Shown here: positions 27,362 to 36,630 of the stretch, piece after piece
How positions within the stretch are numbered: position 1 is the first letter of the stretch
Layout of the letters: each line of letters starts with the position of its first letter
Virus record (IMG/VR): IMGVR_UViG_3300029561_000002
Location: 14,633-78,632 of that record
Strand: one strand, 5' to 3'
From: a virus
DNA length: 64,000 nucleotides
Position numbers and translations under genes: made by a program
The notes under the pieces: model-generated
The model's input: the letters and a program-made list of their open reading frames with translations, nothing else
Told to the model about the DNA's origin: nothing
Database searches by the model: none

Positions 27362-27569
27362 GATAAGCGCAATGTACAAAGATTCCGGCGGAACAAATCC
27401 GTATCACAGATGCAATGAATGTCTGCGGTACCGGTCCGGAAAACACCCTAGATGCCTAAATTACAATGGAGATGTGGACTGGAAACCAAACTACATTGCT
27501 TGCAAATTTTTCACAGATGAAAAGGAAGATGAAATCAAAGGACAGATAGATATATTTGATTTGTTGTAA
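27354..27569 (+). CDS. hypothetical Cys-containing protein
   Basis: AAGGTGA RBS; 71 aa. Confidence 0.5.
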   Translation: MIKISAMYKDSGGTNPYHRCNECLRYRSGKHPRCLNYNGDVDWKPNYIACKFFTDEKEDEIKGQIDIFDLL

Positions 27570-27690
27570 AACGAAGTAATTGATTGACCCAAAAACGCTA
27601 GAATCCATTTTATATAAGTTTGCATAGAAATATATGCCTAAAATGTTTTAAAAGGATTTCAGGCTTTTTCATCAAAGAAAGGAGTGCGAC

Positions 27691-27798
27691 ATGAACAAAG
27701 CGTTATTACTGGCATTGAACGAACACGTATACCTTCAGGGACTAATCAGTAAAGAAATGAAAGAAAAAATTGATATTGAAATTCTCTCTGAAAATTAA
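27691..27798 (+). CDS. 35-aa ORF upstream of serine recombinase
   Basis: AAAGGAG RBS; MNKALLLALNEHVYLQGLISKEMKEKI. Confidence 0.35.
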   Translation: MNKALLLALNEHVYLQGLISKEMKEKIDIEILSEN

Positions 27799-27809
27799 AC
27801 CAAACTATT

Positions 27810-27852
27810 GAGCGGAGATGAGATTGAAGGTATAATAATCTTATCTCTGCTC
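27810..27852. repeat. 43-bp imperfect inverted repeat (candidate attP core or integrase operator)
   Basis: GAGCGGAGATGAGATT-11 nt-AATCTTATCTCTGCTC, 25 nt upstream of the recombinase start. Confidence 0.35.
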
Positions 27853-27877
27853 TTCCGACCAGAAGGGAGAACGGGAC

Positions 27878-29602
27878 ATGAACGTTTATCGAACAAGAGA
27901 AGTGCTGAAAACTTGCAGCATTTTTGACTTGAAATTAAAAGTGGCTTTCTATGCAAGGGTAAGCACGGAATCAGAAGACCAACAAGTTTCTATACATCAC
28001 CAGGACGAATATTACAGAAACTTCATTGCTAAAAATAAAAACTGGGTATTTGTTGGCGCGTACATTGACAACGGAATATCGGGAATACGAACTGAGAAAA
28101 GGGACGAATTTCAACGCATGATGGCAGATGCAAAAACTGGGAAGATCGATATGATTGTAACGAAAGAAATTACCAGATTTGCGAGAAATACGTTAGATAG
28201 TATAAGATATACAAGGGAATTGCTAATGTATGGTGTATGCGTATGGTTTCAAAATGACAACATCAACACGATTGACGAAGATAGCGAATTAAGACTTACC
28301 ATAATGTCCGGAATTGCCCAAGATGAATCAAGAAAGCTCTCCAATCGAATAAAATTCGGACATGCACAGTCGATAAAAAATGGTGTAGTCCTCGGCGCTC
28401 GAATATACGGATACATCAAAAAAGACGGAAAACTTACAATTGATCCCAAAACAGCTCCAATGGTAAAAGAGATATTTGAAAAATATTCTACAGGAGAATG
28501 GTCTACATCCACTATTGAGAAATACCTGTACAAAAAAGGATATCGAAATTACAAAGGTGGAAAACTCAGCCGAGATAATATCAAAAAGATAATCAAGAAC
28601 CCGAAATACAAAGGTTATTATTGCGGCGGTAAAGTAAAAGTTGTCGATATGTTCACAAAAAAGCAAGAGTTTTTGCCAGAGGACGAATGGACAATGTACA
28701 AAGATGACGGTAACCATGTTCCACAGATTGTAGATGAATCTGTATGGGATAAAGCAAACGTTATTATGCAAACACGGAGCGATGCAATCAAATCCCACAG
28801 AACGTCTTTCAAACAAAACAATTTGTTTACCGGGTATATCTTTTGCGGTAACGATGGAGCGCCGTACTGGATGAAGCAGCACACTATAAGAGGGCGTGAA
28901 GATGCAAGATGGGTATGCAGCTATCGCATAAAAAACGGAGCGCAAAGCTGCAACTCTTTTGGTATACGTGAGAAAGAATTAAGGGCAATGCTTGCAGACC
29001 TTATCAATAAATCCGGGGATATCCAAATAGCTATTGAAAAATATATAAGTTTGGCTGAAAGGAACATAGACTTCAGCAACGATGGAGCTGAGATAAGCCG
29101 ACTTAAAAACATGGTTCTTCAGTTGGAGAAAAAGAAAGACAAACTTCTCGATCTTAATCTGGATGGAATCATAACAAACTCTGAATATCTTGAAAAAAAT
29201 GAAAAATTCAAGAATGAAATCCAAGACATAAGCAATAAACTTTCCGAACTGGAATCGAAAGAAGAAGCCAATAAAGATTCCCATTTGAAATTAAAAAAAA
29301 TCGGAAAGATATTAAATGATTTGCAAGGAGTTGGCCCAGAAGATATTACCAAAACGGTTCTGGGAGAATTTTTGGACAAAATAGTAATAAATCCAAAACG
29401 CCCGCAGGAGTGCGAAATTTTGTTCTTTTTAAAGACCGGAGATGTAAAAAAAAAGTCAATAATCGAGCAGGATAAACAAGGCTGTTCTGAATACTTTTTT
29501 TTAAATAAGTTCTCAGAACGACACGCCGTATTTTACAGGAAAATCAACTATGTGGATGGATGCGAAAAGGAATTTAACTACACTTACGCATTTGCAATCT
29601 AA
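27878..29602 (+). CDS. large serine recombinase (integrase)
   Basis: FYARVSTESEDQ catalytic Ser region, DNGISG, TKEITRFARN; recombinase and zinc-ribbon region (CGNDGAPY..WVCSY..C) and a coiled coil; 574 aa. Confidence 0.9.
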   Translation: MNVYRTREVLKTCSIFDLKLKVAFYARVSTESEDQQVSIHHQDEYYRNFIAKNKNWVFVGAYIDNGISGIRTEKRDEFQRMMADAKTGKIDMIVTKEITRFARNTLDSIRYTRELLMYGVCVWFQNDNINTIDEDSELRLTIMSGIAQDESRKLSNRIKFGHAQSIKNGVVLGARIYGYIKKDGKLTIDPKTAPMVKEIFEKYSTGEWSTSTIEKYLYKKGYRNYKGGKLSRDNIKKIIKNPKYKGYYCGGKVKVVDMFTKKQEFLPEDEWTMYKDDGNHVPQIVDESVWDKANVIMQTRSDAIKSHRTSFKQNNLFTGYIFCGNDGAPYWMKQHTIRGREDARWVCSYRIKNGAQSCNSFGIREKELRAMLADLINKSGDIQIAIEKYISLAERNIDFSNDGAEISRLKNMVLQLEKKKDKLLDLNLDGIITNSEYLEKNEKFKNEIQDISNKLSELESKEEANKDSHLKLKKIGKILNDLQGVGPEDITKTVLGEFLDKIVINPKRPQECEILFFLKTGDVKKKSIIEQDKQGCSEYFFLNKFSERHAVFYRKINYVDGCEKEFNYTYAFAI

Positions 29603-29749
29603 ATAATATACAAAAGATGAACGGAAGAGCAGAGATGTAATTTTTTGACATTTAAGTGAATATCTGATAGTATGAAAACATACTAATGACGACATCGGTT
29701 CCAATTCCCGGAACAGGATGTCTTTTTGTGTTTTTAAGGGGTGATAACC

Positions 29750-30418
29750 ATGAATCATACCGCATATGACGTAATGAGAGAATATATGATCGAGGGAGCA
29801 GAGCTGGACGGACCATACCAGTTCCCCATGATGCCACGGTATACTGGCAGACCTGGAACGGATACTGTCGACTTCAAAGACAGCTTTGACCGGCGGATAA
29901 AGAACCATAGGGACTTGACCGTCAATTTCTATATCCATGACAACGAATTTGAGAAAATCTGGAATTGTCCGGATAAATATATTGAGCATCTAAAATGCTT
30001 CAACAGTGTGATCGCACCGGATTTCAGCATGGCAGTCGGAGAAGGCGGTATGCCATTTGCAATGAACATCTGGCAGAAGTACCGCAACCATGCGATAGCA
30101 CATTATCTGCATATGAACGGAATCCGTATAATTCCAAACGTGAACATACCGCCGGAATACTGCTATGATTGGATTTTTGACGGAATACCGAAGAAAAGCA
30201 CAGTAGCTTGCTGTACCAATGGGCGAGTGAAGTCAAAAGCATCACGACTGGAATTTTGTAATGGGTTTCAAGAGATGGTCCGGAGATTGGAGCCACTAAG
30301 AGTAATCATCGTTGGGCGGATACCACAGGAACTGCAAACAGATATAGAAATTATCAATTTCAAAAGCAGAAACCAGAAGATTAAGGACAGGGAGGGAAAA
30401 TATGGGATTCTCAACTGA
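29750..30418 (+). CDS. DUF4417-like protein
   Basis: FYIHDNEFEKIW..PDFSM..MNIWQKYRNHAIAHYL..GIRIIPNV pattern recalled as DUF4417; not searchable here. Confidence 0.5.
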   Translation: MNHTAYDVMREYMIEGAELDGPYQFPMMPRYTGRPGTDTVDFKDSFDRRIKNHRDLTVNFYIHDNEFEKIWNCPDKYIEHLKCFNSVIAPDFSMAVGEGGMPFAMNIWQKYRNHAIAHYLHMNGIRIIPNVNIPPEYCYDWIFDGIPKKSTVACCTNGRVKSKASRLEFCNGFQEMVRRLEPLRVIIVGRIPQELQTDIEIINFKSRNQKIKDREGKYGILN

Positions 30419-30554
30419 ACGATCAGCACACAACAAAGTGCGTAGAAAAAAAGACAAGACAGAGCGAAAGGTGAAAGTCCGGAAACAACGGACCACATAC
30501 AAAACGAAGAATACGGCTAGGAGAAAATCCGAGGGATTAAATAAATTAAATTGA
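30402..30554 (+). CDS. 50-aa highly basic peptide
   Basis: GGGAGGG RBS; K/R-rich; overlaps the upstream gene end. Confidence 0.3.
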   Translation: MGFSTERSAHNKVRRKKDKTERKVKVRKQRTTYKTKNTARRKSEGLNKLN

Positions 30555-31308
30555 TTCGTGATTTTACACAGCCCCTCAGAAGATGCTATAGATTAATATA
30601 TGCAAGATAGACAAAATGGAAATCTAGGAAAAACGGTTATTTTTGAGTTACCCCTTTTTTTAGTCATTTTTCGGACTTTTTCTATGTCTGAATATTGCAA
30701 ATATTCAAGAGCCTCCAGAAATATCGTTCGTTTCACAACCGGTACGACCAATTTTATAAAAGCCTGTGGATCACCTGCGGACCGGTGCCGGGATTTTCTG
30801 GCGGTCAATAACTGATACTCTAATTTCGCCCACAACGCCCGCAAAACTGACAAGGCTAGACTTCTTCAACCGTAATCTAATCGGCCGTTAAAAAGCCGAA
30901 TAGGGCGGTTGTACAGTGGATCCAAAATAGAACATACTTTTGCCACTGTTCGGACGCTGCGCCCCGGATCGGTGCCAGCTGCACGCGAGAGCACGACAAA
31001 AAGAGCCAGAAACGGCTATATATAATCATAATATCACCATACCGGGATTCCGTCAACCGTGAGTATTGATTGATAAAAACGTGCAAAAACGGCTTGAAAA
31101 TCAGGCAATGATAAAAATATCAATGAACGTCAAAGAGACGAAAAACGGCGAAAAAAGCAAATCAACAACCGTATTTCCGGGCAAACAAAAGTTAAGTTGT
31201 CAAGGCACACGGCTTGTAGATAGATTTCACAAGCCTGATCCGCTCCCCAGGCCGTGAACCTGGCGCCGGACTGGATACCGGAAGAGCAGCAGAAAAAGAG
31301 CAGCGTTT

Positions 31309-31686
31309 TTACTGCTCTAAATAATTTATACATGCGACTTGTGGCAAGCCCCGGAAAAACTCAGAAAAACCGCCGTCAGTAATATTATATTGCCGATCAA
31401 AAACCGGGATAATCTGCCCGTTTTTAAGCTCCATGCAAGACAGCTGTAAAAATCCGTCTTTTTTCGTCGACCGGTGCAAGGCGTACCGCATGACGGACGC
31501 GTCACCAGATCGCGTTGTTACCGGTGGCAGATCATACCAGATCAGCGGGACAGTACCGGAAGAAACCGCATTAAACACTTGCGCAGCGTCCTTTTTTGCG
31601 GTTGAATTGATCTTGTCAACAACGGAAAAATCACCGCTTTTTATAGCGGTGATGGTTTGCTTTTGCGTGGCTTTTCTAATTTTCAT
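31309..31686 (-). CDS. hypothetical protein
   Basis: AAAAGGAGAA RBS before MKIRKATQ; a terminator hairpin follows at about 31287-31312. Confidence 0.55.
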   Translation of the reverse strand: MKIRKATQKQTITAIKSGDFSVVDKINSTAKKDAAQVFNAVSSGTVPLIWYDLPPVTTRSGDASVMRYALHRSTKKDGFLQLSCMELKNGQIIPVFDRQYNITDGGFSEFFRGLPQVACINYLEQ

Positions 31687-31840
31687 TATAATGTTCTCCT
31701 TTTGTTCTCTCCTGGTAAAATGCAATTAATGTTATTTCTATCGGTTCTTTACTGGAAAAGTAACGAAAATTTCTAAATTTATTGAAATCATGTTCTAAGT
31801 GGTTTTCTTCGATATAGTTTATTATTTGCATTAAGTTCAT
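31676..31840 (-). CDS. small hypothetical protein (54 aa)
   Basis: Overlaps the start of 31309-31686; not in the ORF track. Confidence 0.35.
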   Translation of the reverse strand: MNLMQIINYIEENHLEHDFNKFRNFRYFSSKEPIEITLIAFYQERTKGEHYNEN

Positions 31841-31900
31841 TTTTTTTCTTTCTTCCCTGTACCCATGGGAGCCGGGTTTTTATTAGATGCCGAAAAAGTA

Positions 31901-32008
31901 TTGACTATTTAAGGAAAAAATGATATATTGTGATAGCTGGATGCTATTCGAATTTTTCGAATGCATTTTCTGGAGCGGTCTAACGTGCGTTGTTAGATCG
32001 CTTTTTTA
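31901..32008 (+). ncRNA. candidate small RNA unit 0 (promoter + two hairpins + terminator)
   Basis: TTGACT (31901-31906), 17-nt spacer, TATATT (31924-31929). Contains an ATGCTATTCGAA/TTCGAATGCAT hairpin and an AGCGGTCTAAC/GTTAGATCGCT + T6 terminator. No ORF. Confidence 0.5.
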
Positions 32009-32026
32009 TCGGTCCATCAATTTAAC

Positions 32027-32209
32027 TTGACTTTTCCAGCTGCATGATGTATTATGATTGTATCAGCTAGCAACAGTTGCTGGTTCTTAACGTACCATGA
32101 TTCCGTTGAGAGTCGCCACAGTCTACGGTGTGGTGTTGAGTTGAAAAGCATGTTTATAAGGATATGAAAAAAGGCTATTATATTTTTTGTAATGGTCTTT
32201 TTTTTATTG
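32027..32209 (+). ncRNA. candidate structured small RNA unit 1
   Basis: TTGACT (32027-32032), 17-nt spacer, TATTAT. A 5' hairpin, then the conserved core GATTCCGTTG (32099-32108) ... GTTGAGTTGAAAA (32135-32147), then a GU-containing hairpin + T8. Confidence 0.55.
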
Positions 32210-32385
32210 ACTTTTTCCTGTAATCGTGCTATATTATTAATCAGTAACACATGTGTTACTTTTCAACGGGCCACGATTCCGTTGGAAGTCGTTCCGATCA
32301 ATGGCGAAACGTTGAGTTGAAAAATATTGTTATATATTTGCTAAAATGCAAAAAGCGGGAAGGCGTGACAGATGTCACGCCTTTT
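32207..32385 (+). ncRNA. candidate structured small RNA unit 2 (paralogue of unit 1)
   Basis: TTGACT (32207-32212), 17-nt spacer, TATATT. Palindromic 5' hairpin, the same core at 32275-32284 and 32311-32323 with identical 36-nt spacing, and a GGCGTGAC/GTCACGCC terminator. Confidence 0.55.
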
Positions 32386-32602
32386 CACTGTTTTCTATAA
32401 TCTCTCGGTACATTCTTGCGCCGCCGTCCCATTCACTCCTGCCGTTCAAATACTCTTCGGCGGTTTCTTCGCGAACTTCTCCGGAATTTGCGAAAAGTGC
32501 AATTTTCCCGGTGCTTTTCTGCACAACCTCGGTTGCTGATAGTGTGCAAAAAGGCTCACAGCTTTCGCGGAAATTCTCCGCGCGGTCCATCAGCTCTATC
32601 AT
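32375..32602 (-). CDS. hypothetical protein (75 aa)
   Basis: Starts at MIELMDRAENF through an ATGA overlap with the upstream small ORF. Confidence 0.5.
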   Translation of the reverse strand: MIELMDRAENFRESCEPFCTLSATEVVQKSTGKIALFANSGEVREETAEEYLNGRSEWDGGARMYREIIENSEKA

Positions 32603-32721
32603 TTTTTTAGCTGCGGGATTGAAAACGCTTTCAAATCCTCGTCGGTAAGTACGTTTTTCACGTACCACTGAATATTTTTTACCGCTTCTGATTTTTTTAA
32701 TAACAATTCCTCTTTTCTCAT
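32599..32721 (-). CDS. small hypothetical protein (40 aa)
   Basis: TGGAGGAAAAAAAC RBS before MRKEELLLKK. Confidence 0.4.
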   Translation of the reverse strand: MRKEELLLKKSEAVKNIQWYVKNVLTDEDLKAFSIPQLKK

Positions 32722-32817
32722 GTTTTTTTCCTCCATTTTTGATTTATTTTATTATACCATTTTTTTGGCTGGTATTAAAGGGCCGCCGGGGAAATGCTCC
32801 CCGGTACGCTTACTGGT

Positions 32818-33186
32818 CTAATTCCTTTTTGTGAACTCTATTTCCGTGTAATTTTCTCCGGTTACCTCATTTGCAAATGCCAGGATTCCGGCTATTGTAA
32901 AATCGAAGCGGGTAAAATCAAAACCTCTTTGCGAAAGTCTGTATTCGTAGGAACGCCCGCAACCTTCAACGTCGTAATATGTGCCGTCGACGTGTAAGGC
33001 GTTAGGCTGTACCACTGGACAACCTTTTTTGCTTGCGTCGCGTCTTTGGTAGCTTCCAAAATCCGCGATAACATGCAGACCGTCCAGCGTGTCAAATTCT
33101 GCGCGAACTCTGCAATTTGGAACGTCTGAGCCGTTTCTGTAGCCTGTTCCTGTGCATCCGTATTCTACTAATACTAATTTTCCCAT
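32818..33186 (-). CDS. hypothetical protein
   Basis: 122-aa ORF, GC-richer than the phage backbone. Confidence 0.55.
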   Translation of the reverse strand: MGKLVLVEYGCTGTGYRNGSDVPNCRVRAEFDTLDGLHVIADFGSYQRRDASKKGCPVVQPNALHVDGTYYDVEGCGRSYEYRLSQRGFDFTRFDFTIAGILAFANEVTGENYTEIEFTKRN

Positions 33187-33267
33187 AATTTCCCTTTCTG
33201 GTCTGCCATCATCAGCACCGGGAGACCGTCCCGCGGTGGACGCCCCTAAAATCTGAGGCGTTTCGGC

Positions 33268-33477
33268 TTATGCTTCTATTGTTCGCCCGCGGCCGTCCAT
33301 AAATACCTCCCCGGCGGGCCACTGGCAAAGCTTTGCCCGTCCCTCTTTTACAACACGCTCATTATAGCGCCCGGCGTGCTGAAGTGCTTTGTATGTGATT
33401 GTTTTAGCGGTTTTGTTCGTGATTTCGAATGTTAAACCGCTTTCATAGTATCTTTTTCCGATTTCAAATTTTTTCAT
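33268..33477 (-). CDS. hypothetical protein
   Basis: 69-aa ORF in the same leftward operon. Confidence 0.5.
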   Translation of the reverse strand: MKKFEIGKRYYESGLTFEITNKTAKTITYKALQHAGRYNERVVKEGRAKLCQWPAGEVFMDGRGRTIEA

Positions 33478-33553
33478 ATCCTTTTACCTCTTTTCATATT
33501 TTTTGAAATCCGGCGGTTGCGTTGGGGCTACGGCTTGACCGCCGCCGGAAAGG

Positions 33554-33793
33554 TTAGAACTTGCTCGGTTTTTCGTACCGGATAACCGGAACTACTTCAC
33601 CGGATTCCAAAATCTGCAAGCCATTGTACATTGGGCCGTTAAGCCCCCGGAGCTTCGGCTGCCATTGCAGTTCTTCCCGGGTCTCTGGGCTGTAATACGT
33701 CCCGTAAATCAAGGCCCGCATTTCTTCCAGCGTCTTGATCTCTTCGGGGAGATCGTAAACACATTTTCCGACTGTTGATGTTCCAATTATCAT
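33554..33793 (-). CDS. hypothetical protein
   Basis: 79-aa ORF; AAGGAGGAAAAC RBS. Confidence 0.55.
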   Translation of the reverse strand: MIIGTSTVGKCVYDLPEEIKTLEEMRALIYGTYYSPETREELQWQPKLRGLNGPMYNGLQILESGEVVPVIRYEKPSKF

Positions 33794-33954
33794 ACTGTTT
33801 TCCTCCTTATGACTACTGACATAGCAGCTAATAACATTTCGTGGACTTTGCTTTCCTCTCTGAATGTGTATTTATCTTTGCCTGTCGCTTTCATCCAGAT
33901 GATTGAATAAAAGCAATTGATACTTGATAAAGCTTTAAGGATAGTGTCTTTCAT
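33790..33954 (-). CDS. small hypothetical protein (54 aa)
   Basis: First gene of the leftward operon; ATGA overlap with the next gene. Confidence 0.4.
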   Translation of the reverse strand: MKDTILKALSSINCFYSIIWMKATGKDKYTFREESKVHEMLLAAMSVVIRRKTV

Positions 33955-34033
33955 TTTATTCCCTCTCTTTCTCCCGGATCAGCGTCCGGGGTGAATGTTT
34001 TTTGTTTTCCTTTGATGGTTATATAATACTATA

Positions 34034-34413
34034 ATTAAGCACTAATATCAATTGACAAAATGCACAAATTAAGCACTAATTATTTATGGCAAATTGTACA
34101 TTATGATTAAGCACTAAAATTATTGACAATTAAGCACACGCATATTATAATGAAGAAAAATAAAGGAGGAATAAACATGGCAGAATTAACAGCAGAAGAA
34201 AAAGCAATAAAGAATCGAGAAGCAGTAAAGAAATGTATGAAAAATAAGGACAGAATAAATGTGATCTTACCACAGGGAACGCTTGACAGAATAAACGCAT
34301 ATGGATTAAAAACAAACGCGTTCGCGAGGGAATTAATTCTTGCAGAACTTGATAAAATGGATAGAATGAAAAAAATGTAAATTAAGCACAAATTACTATT
34401 GACAATTAAGCAC
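34034..34413. promoter_or_regulatory. six copies of ATTAAGCAC operator-like motif with two TTGACA promoters
   Basis: Motif at 34034, 34068, 34106, 34129, 34381 and 34405. TTGACA (34123) ATTAAGCAC..TATAAT (34146) and TTGACA (34399) ATTAAGCAC..TATACT (34422), both with 17-nt spacers. Confidence 0.6.
34177..34380 (+). CDS. ribbon-helix-helix (CopG/Arc-like) regulator
   Basis: AAAGGAGG RBS; RINVILPQGTLDRINAYGLKTNAFARELILAELDK strand-helix-helix pattern. Confidence 0.65.
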   Translation: MAELTAEEKAIKNREAVKKCMKNKDRINVILPQGTLDRINAYGLKTNAFARELILAELDKMDRMKKM

Positions 34414-34444
34414 TAATGGTATATACTGTAACCATAGAAAGGAA

Positions 34445-34951
34445 GTGGTTACAGTGGAAACAGAGCAATTTAGGATTAATGAAAATTCTGATTTCCCGGG
34501 TGTCTATATAATTGTAAATATGGACAATCAAAAAGTATATATTGGCTCAACCAGAAATATACGCAAAAGATTGAAAACACATTTATATAGTCTAAAAAAA
34601 GGGAAACATTCGTCAAGTACTTTTCAAAAAGATTTTGATAGTGGTAATTCATTTATTGCGTATCCTTTAACCCGGGTTGAGCTATTGCCAAAGTATTTAA
34701 AGGACCATAATTTAAGGTATTTTGAATATATGGCGATTAAAATGTTTGATTCTACGAATCCAGAAAAAGGATACAATAAAGTAAATCGCAAAGCAGAATC
34801 ATACGAATTAGGAAATATAAAGCAAGCGAATTCTTTATTTAACGAGTTCTTTGAAGTGAAAGAAAAATACAAAACGAGAACAGACTTGGAATATTATAAA
34901 GAATATTACAAAGAAGAATTAGAATTCTTTTTAAAACAAAGCATGAGTTAA
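34445..34951 (+). CDS. GIY-YIG nuclease (homing-endonuclease-like)
   Basis: FPGVYIIVNMDNQKVYIGSTRNIRKRLKTHLYSLKKGKH. Confidence 0.75.
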   Translation: MVTVETEQFRINENSDFPGVYIIVNMDNQKVYIGSTRNIRKRLKTHLYSLKKGKHSSSTFQKDFDSGNSFIAYPLTRVELLPKYLKDHNLRYFEYMAIKMFDSTNPEKGYNKVNRKAESYELGNIKQANSLFNEFFEVKEKYKTRTDLEYYKEYYKEELEFFLKQSMS

Positions 34952-34996
34952 AGCACATCAAATAGCCCCCCAGGCGGGGCGGATCAGGAGGGAAAA

Positions 34997-35416
34997 ATGC
35001 GAAAATATGATTTAGTAAAAAGAACAGCGAAATTTAACTACAAAAACAGAAGGAATATTGAAGAAGGATGCACAGCGTTAGATCCTTCCCCTGAATACAT
35101 AAAAACTTTTGCCAGTTTGGCAGAAGCGAAAAAAGAACTTGCAAAGCATAAGACAGCTATTAGCAAGTTTAAATCTGGGATGACGTTTTATGAGGTTACG
35201 GAATATGTAATCGAGGAAAACGAGTTTGAGTATGACGAGGATGAAAAAAAGCTCGTGCAGACGGACTTTATAGACACGTTAGAAATAACTCCAATGAAAA
35301 TTGAAGTTGTCGAGATTCCGAGTTATGAAACAATCGCGATTTGTTCCAGTCTGGAAGAAGCAGAAGAAGCCGCGGACAATTACGATGGCGAAGGCGAAAC
35401 TTATATTATGATTTAA
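34997..35416 (+). CDS. hypothetical acidic protein
   Basis: 139-aa ORF with a GGAGGG RBS. Confidence 0.55.
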   Translation: MRKYDLVKRTAKFNYKNRRNIEEGCTALDPSPEYIKTFASLAEAKKELAKHKTAISKFKSGMTFYEVTEYVIEENEFEYDEDEKKLVQTDFIDTLEITPMKIEVVEIPSYETIAICSSLEEAEEAADNYDGEGETYIMI

Positions 35417-35470
35417 TAATAAATAAAGCCCCTGAAAAATCTCCATGCAGGGGGCGGACAGGAGGGGAAA

Positions 35471-35716
35471 ATGAAGATTTATAAAATTGAAAGTGCAGCC
35501 ACCCACATAAACCGGGTGACCGGCAAAGTGGTACCGGATGAAATGGTAACATTCACACCAGCGCATAAACTCGTTGCACAAGATGGCAAATACATATATC
35601 TTGCGGACGGATTTACGTATTGCGATGGCGTCCCGGTTGCGGAACGTTACGCAAAAGAAGCTTATAGATTTTTTGATCCCAACAACAACGAGATCGAATT
35701 TGAAACTTGGAAATAA
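35471..35716 (+). CDS. hypothetical protein
   Basis: 81-aa ORF with a GGAGGGG RBS. Confidence 0.55.
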   Translation: MKIYKIESAATHINRVTGKVVPDEMVTFTPAHKLVAQDGKYIYLADGFTYCDGVPVAERYAKEAYRFFDPNNNEIEFETWK

Positions 35717-35731
35717 AAGGAGGAAAGAAGA

Positions 35732-36148
35732 ATGAGAAAATTGGCAGAAGCAGATTTGAATATCGTCGCAGCATACATGGACGATGACATCAGAGAACAA
35801 GTAGCCAGCGAACTTGCACCATGTGAGCCGGGAGAATTTCTGGCAAGGTACTGCGAACTGGTACCGGAATTTGAGGATTTGTTAGAAGATGAGTTCTCGA
35901 TTGAACTAGAAAATGGTGAATTTTTCAAAGTCAATGAAGACGAGGAAAATTTCACTGAAGAAGAGAGAGCTGATATAGAAAAACATCAGCTCGTAAAAAA
36001 ATCCGCTAAATGCGGAACTTTAACAGAAACATTTGCCCGGAATTATGCAAGGGTTCCGGAGAAATTAATAAAAAAGCTCACGCCGGAAGAACTCGGGGAG
36101 CTTGTGGACGCTTTCTACAAATGTTACGAGGACGGAAAGAGGGCATGA
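35732..36148 (+). CDS. hypothetical strongly acidic protein
   Basis: 138-aa ORF with an AAGGAGGAAAG RBS and D/E-rich stretches. Confidence 0.55.
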   Translation: MRKLAEADLNIVAAYMDDDIREQVASELAPCEPGEFLARYCELVPEFEDLLEDEFSIELENGEFFKVNEDEENFTEEERADIEKHQLVKKSAKCGTLTETFARNYARVPEKLIKKLTPEELGELVDAFYKCYEDGKRA

Positions 36149-36502
36149 AAAAAGGCCAGACCCGAAAGCCTAGCCTAATTTCTTTTAGTTATAACCAAAA
36201 CTATTATTTCAATCCGTGAGCCGGCGGTATCGCTACCGACTCCGCTGTAAAAGCATCCATTTACAGCGACTAATAAGAGTATAATATACTATTAACTAAA
36301 AAGCAAGAGAAAAATGGAAATTATGTAAAATATGCGATGACTGAATTTTAACAAAAAAGCCCTTGGATAATCTCCAGGGGCTTAAACTCTTTTTTTTGTG
36401 GCGGCTAACGAGGGGAGAACAGACCCGCCGCCAAAGCCTGTTAAATTATTCATAGCACACAAATGTTTGCTTTGTCAAGAAAAATATTTTTTTACTTTTG
36501 GC

Positions 36503-36630
36503 TTGACAGGTTTTTATAAAATGTGCTATCGTGTCACTAACGAGGAACTCAGGAGGGGCGAGCTAATCGAAAAATAATAAAAATCATTCAGCCAGGTAAC
36601 CGGATCAGACGCCGGAAGCCTGGTTTTTTT
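36503..36630 (+). ncRNA. candidate short transcript with SD-like AGGAGGGG and strong terminator
   Basis: TTGACA (36503) with a TGcTATCGT extended -10-like element. No start codon after AGGAGGGG. Nested CCAGG/CCGG hairpin + T7 at 36592-36630. Confidence 0.35.

Noticed and set aside
30555-31308. ORFs 30593-30853(-), 30600-30815(+), 30877-31086(-), 31066-31257(+) and 31130-31333(-)
   Set aside because: They mutually overlap on both strands, none has a convincing RBS, and their composition is atypical. I left the region unannotated; it may be a decayed gene or a recombination scar.
32099-32323. GTTGAGTTGAAAA-type repeats as a possible CRISPR array
   Set aside because: There are only two copies. 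Each sits inside its own promoter-terminator unit 176 nt apart, there is no spacer-like periodicity, and there are no cas genes. No CRISPR array was seen anywhere in the window.
35279-35800. 173-aa minus-strand ORF
   Set aside because: It is antisense shadow spanning three well-supported plus-strand genes with RBSs. The same reasoning applies to many long antisense ORFs (933-1232, 1491-1883, 9451-9876, 28328-28945, 47235-47699, 54794-55501, 56495-57034, 60217-60756).
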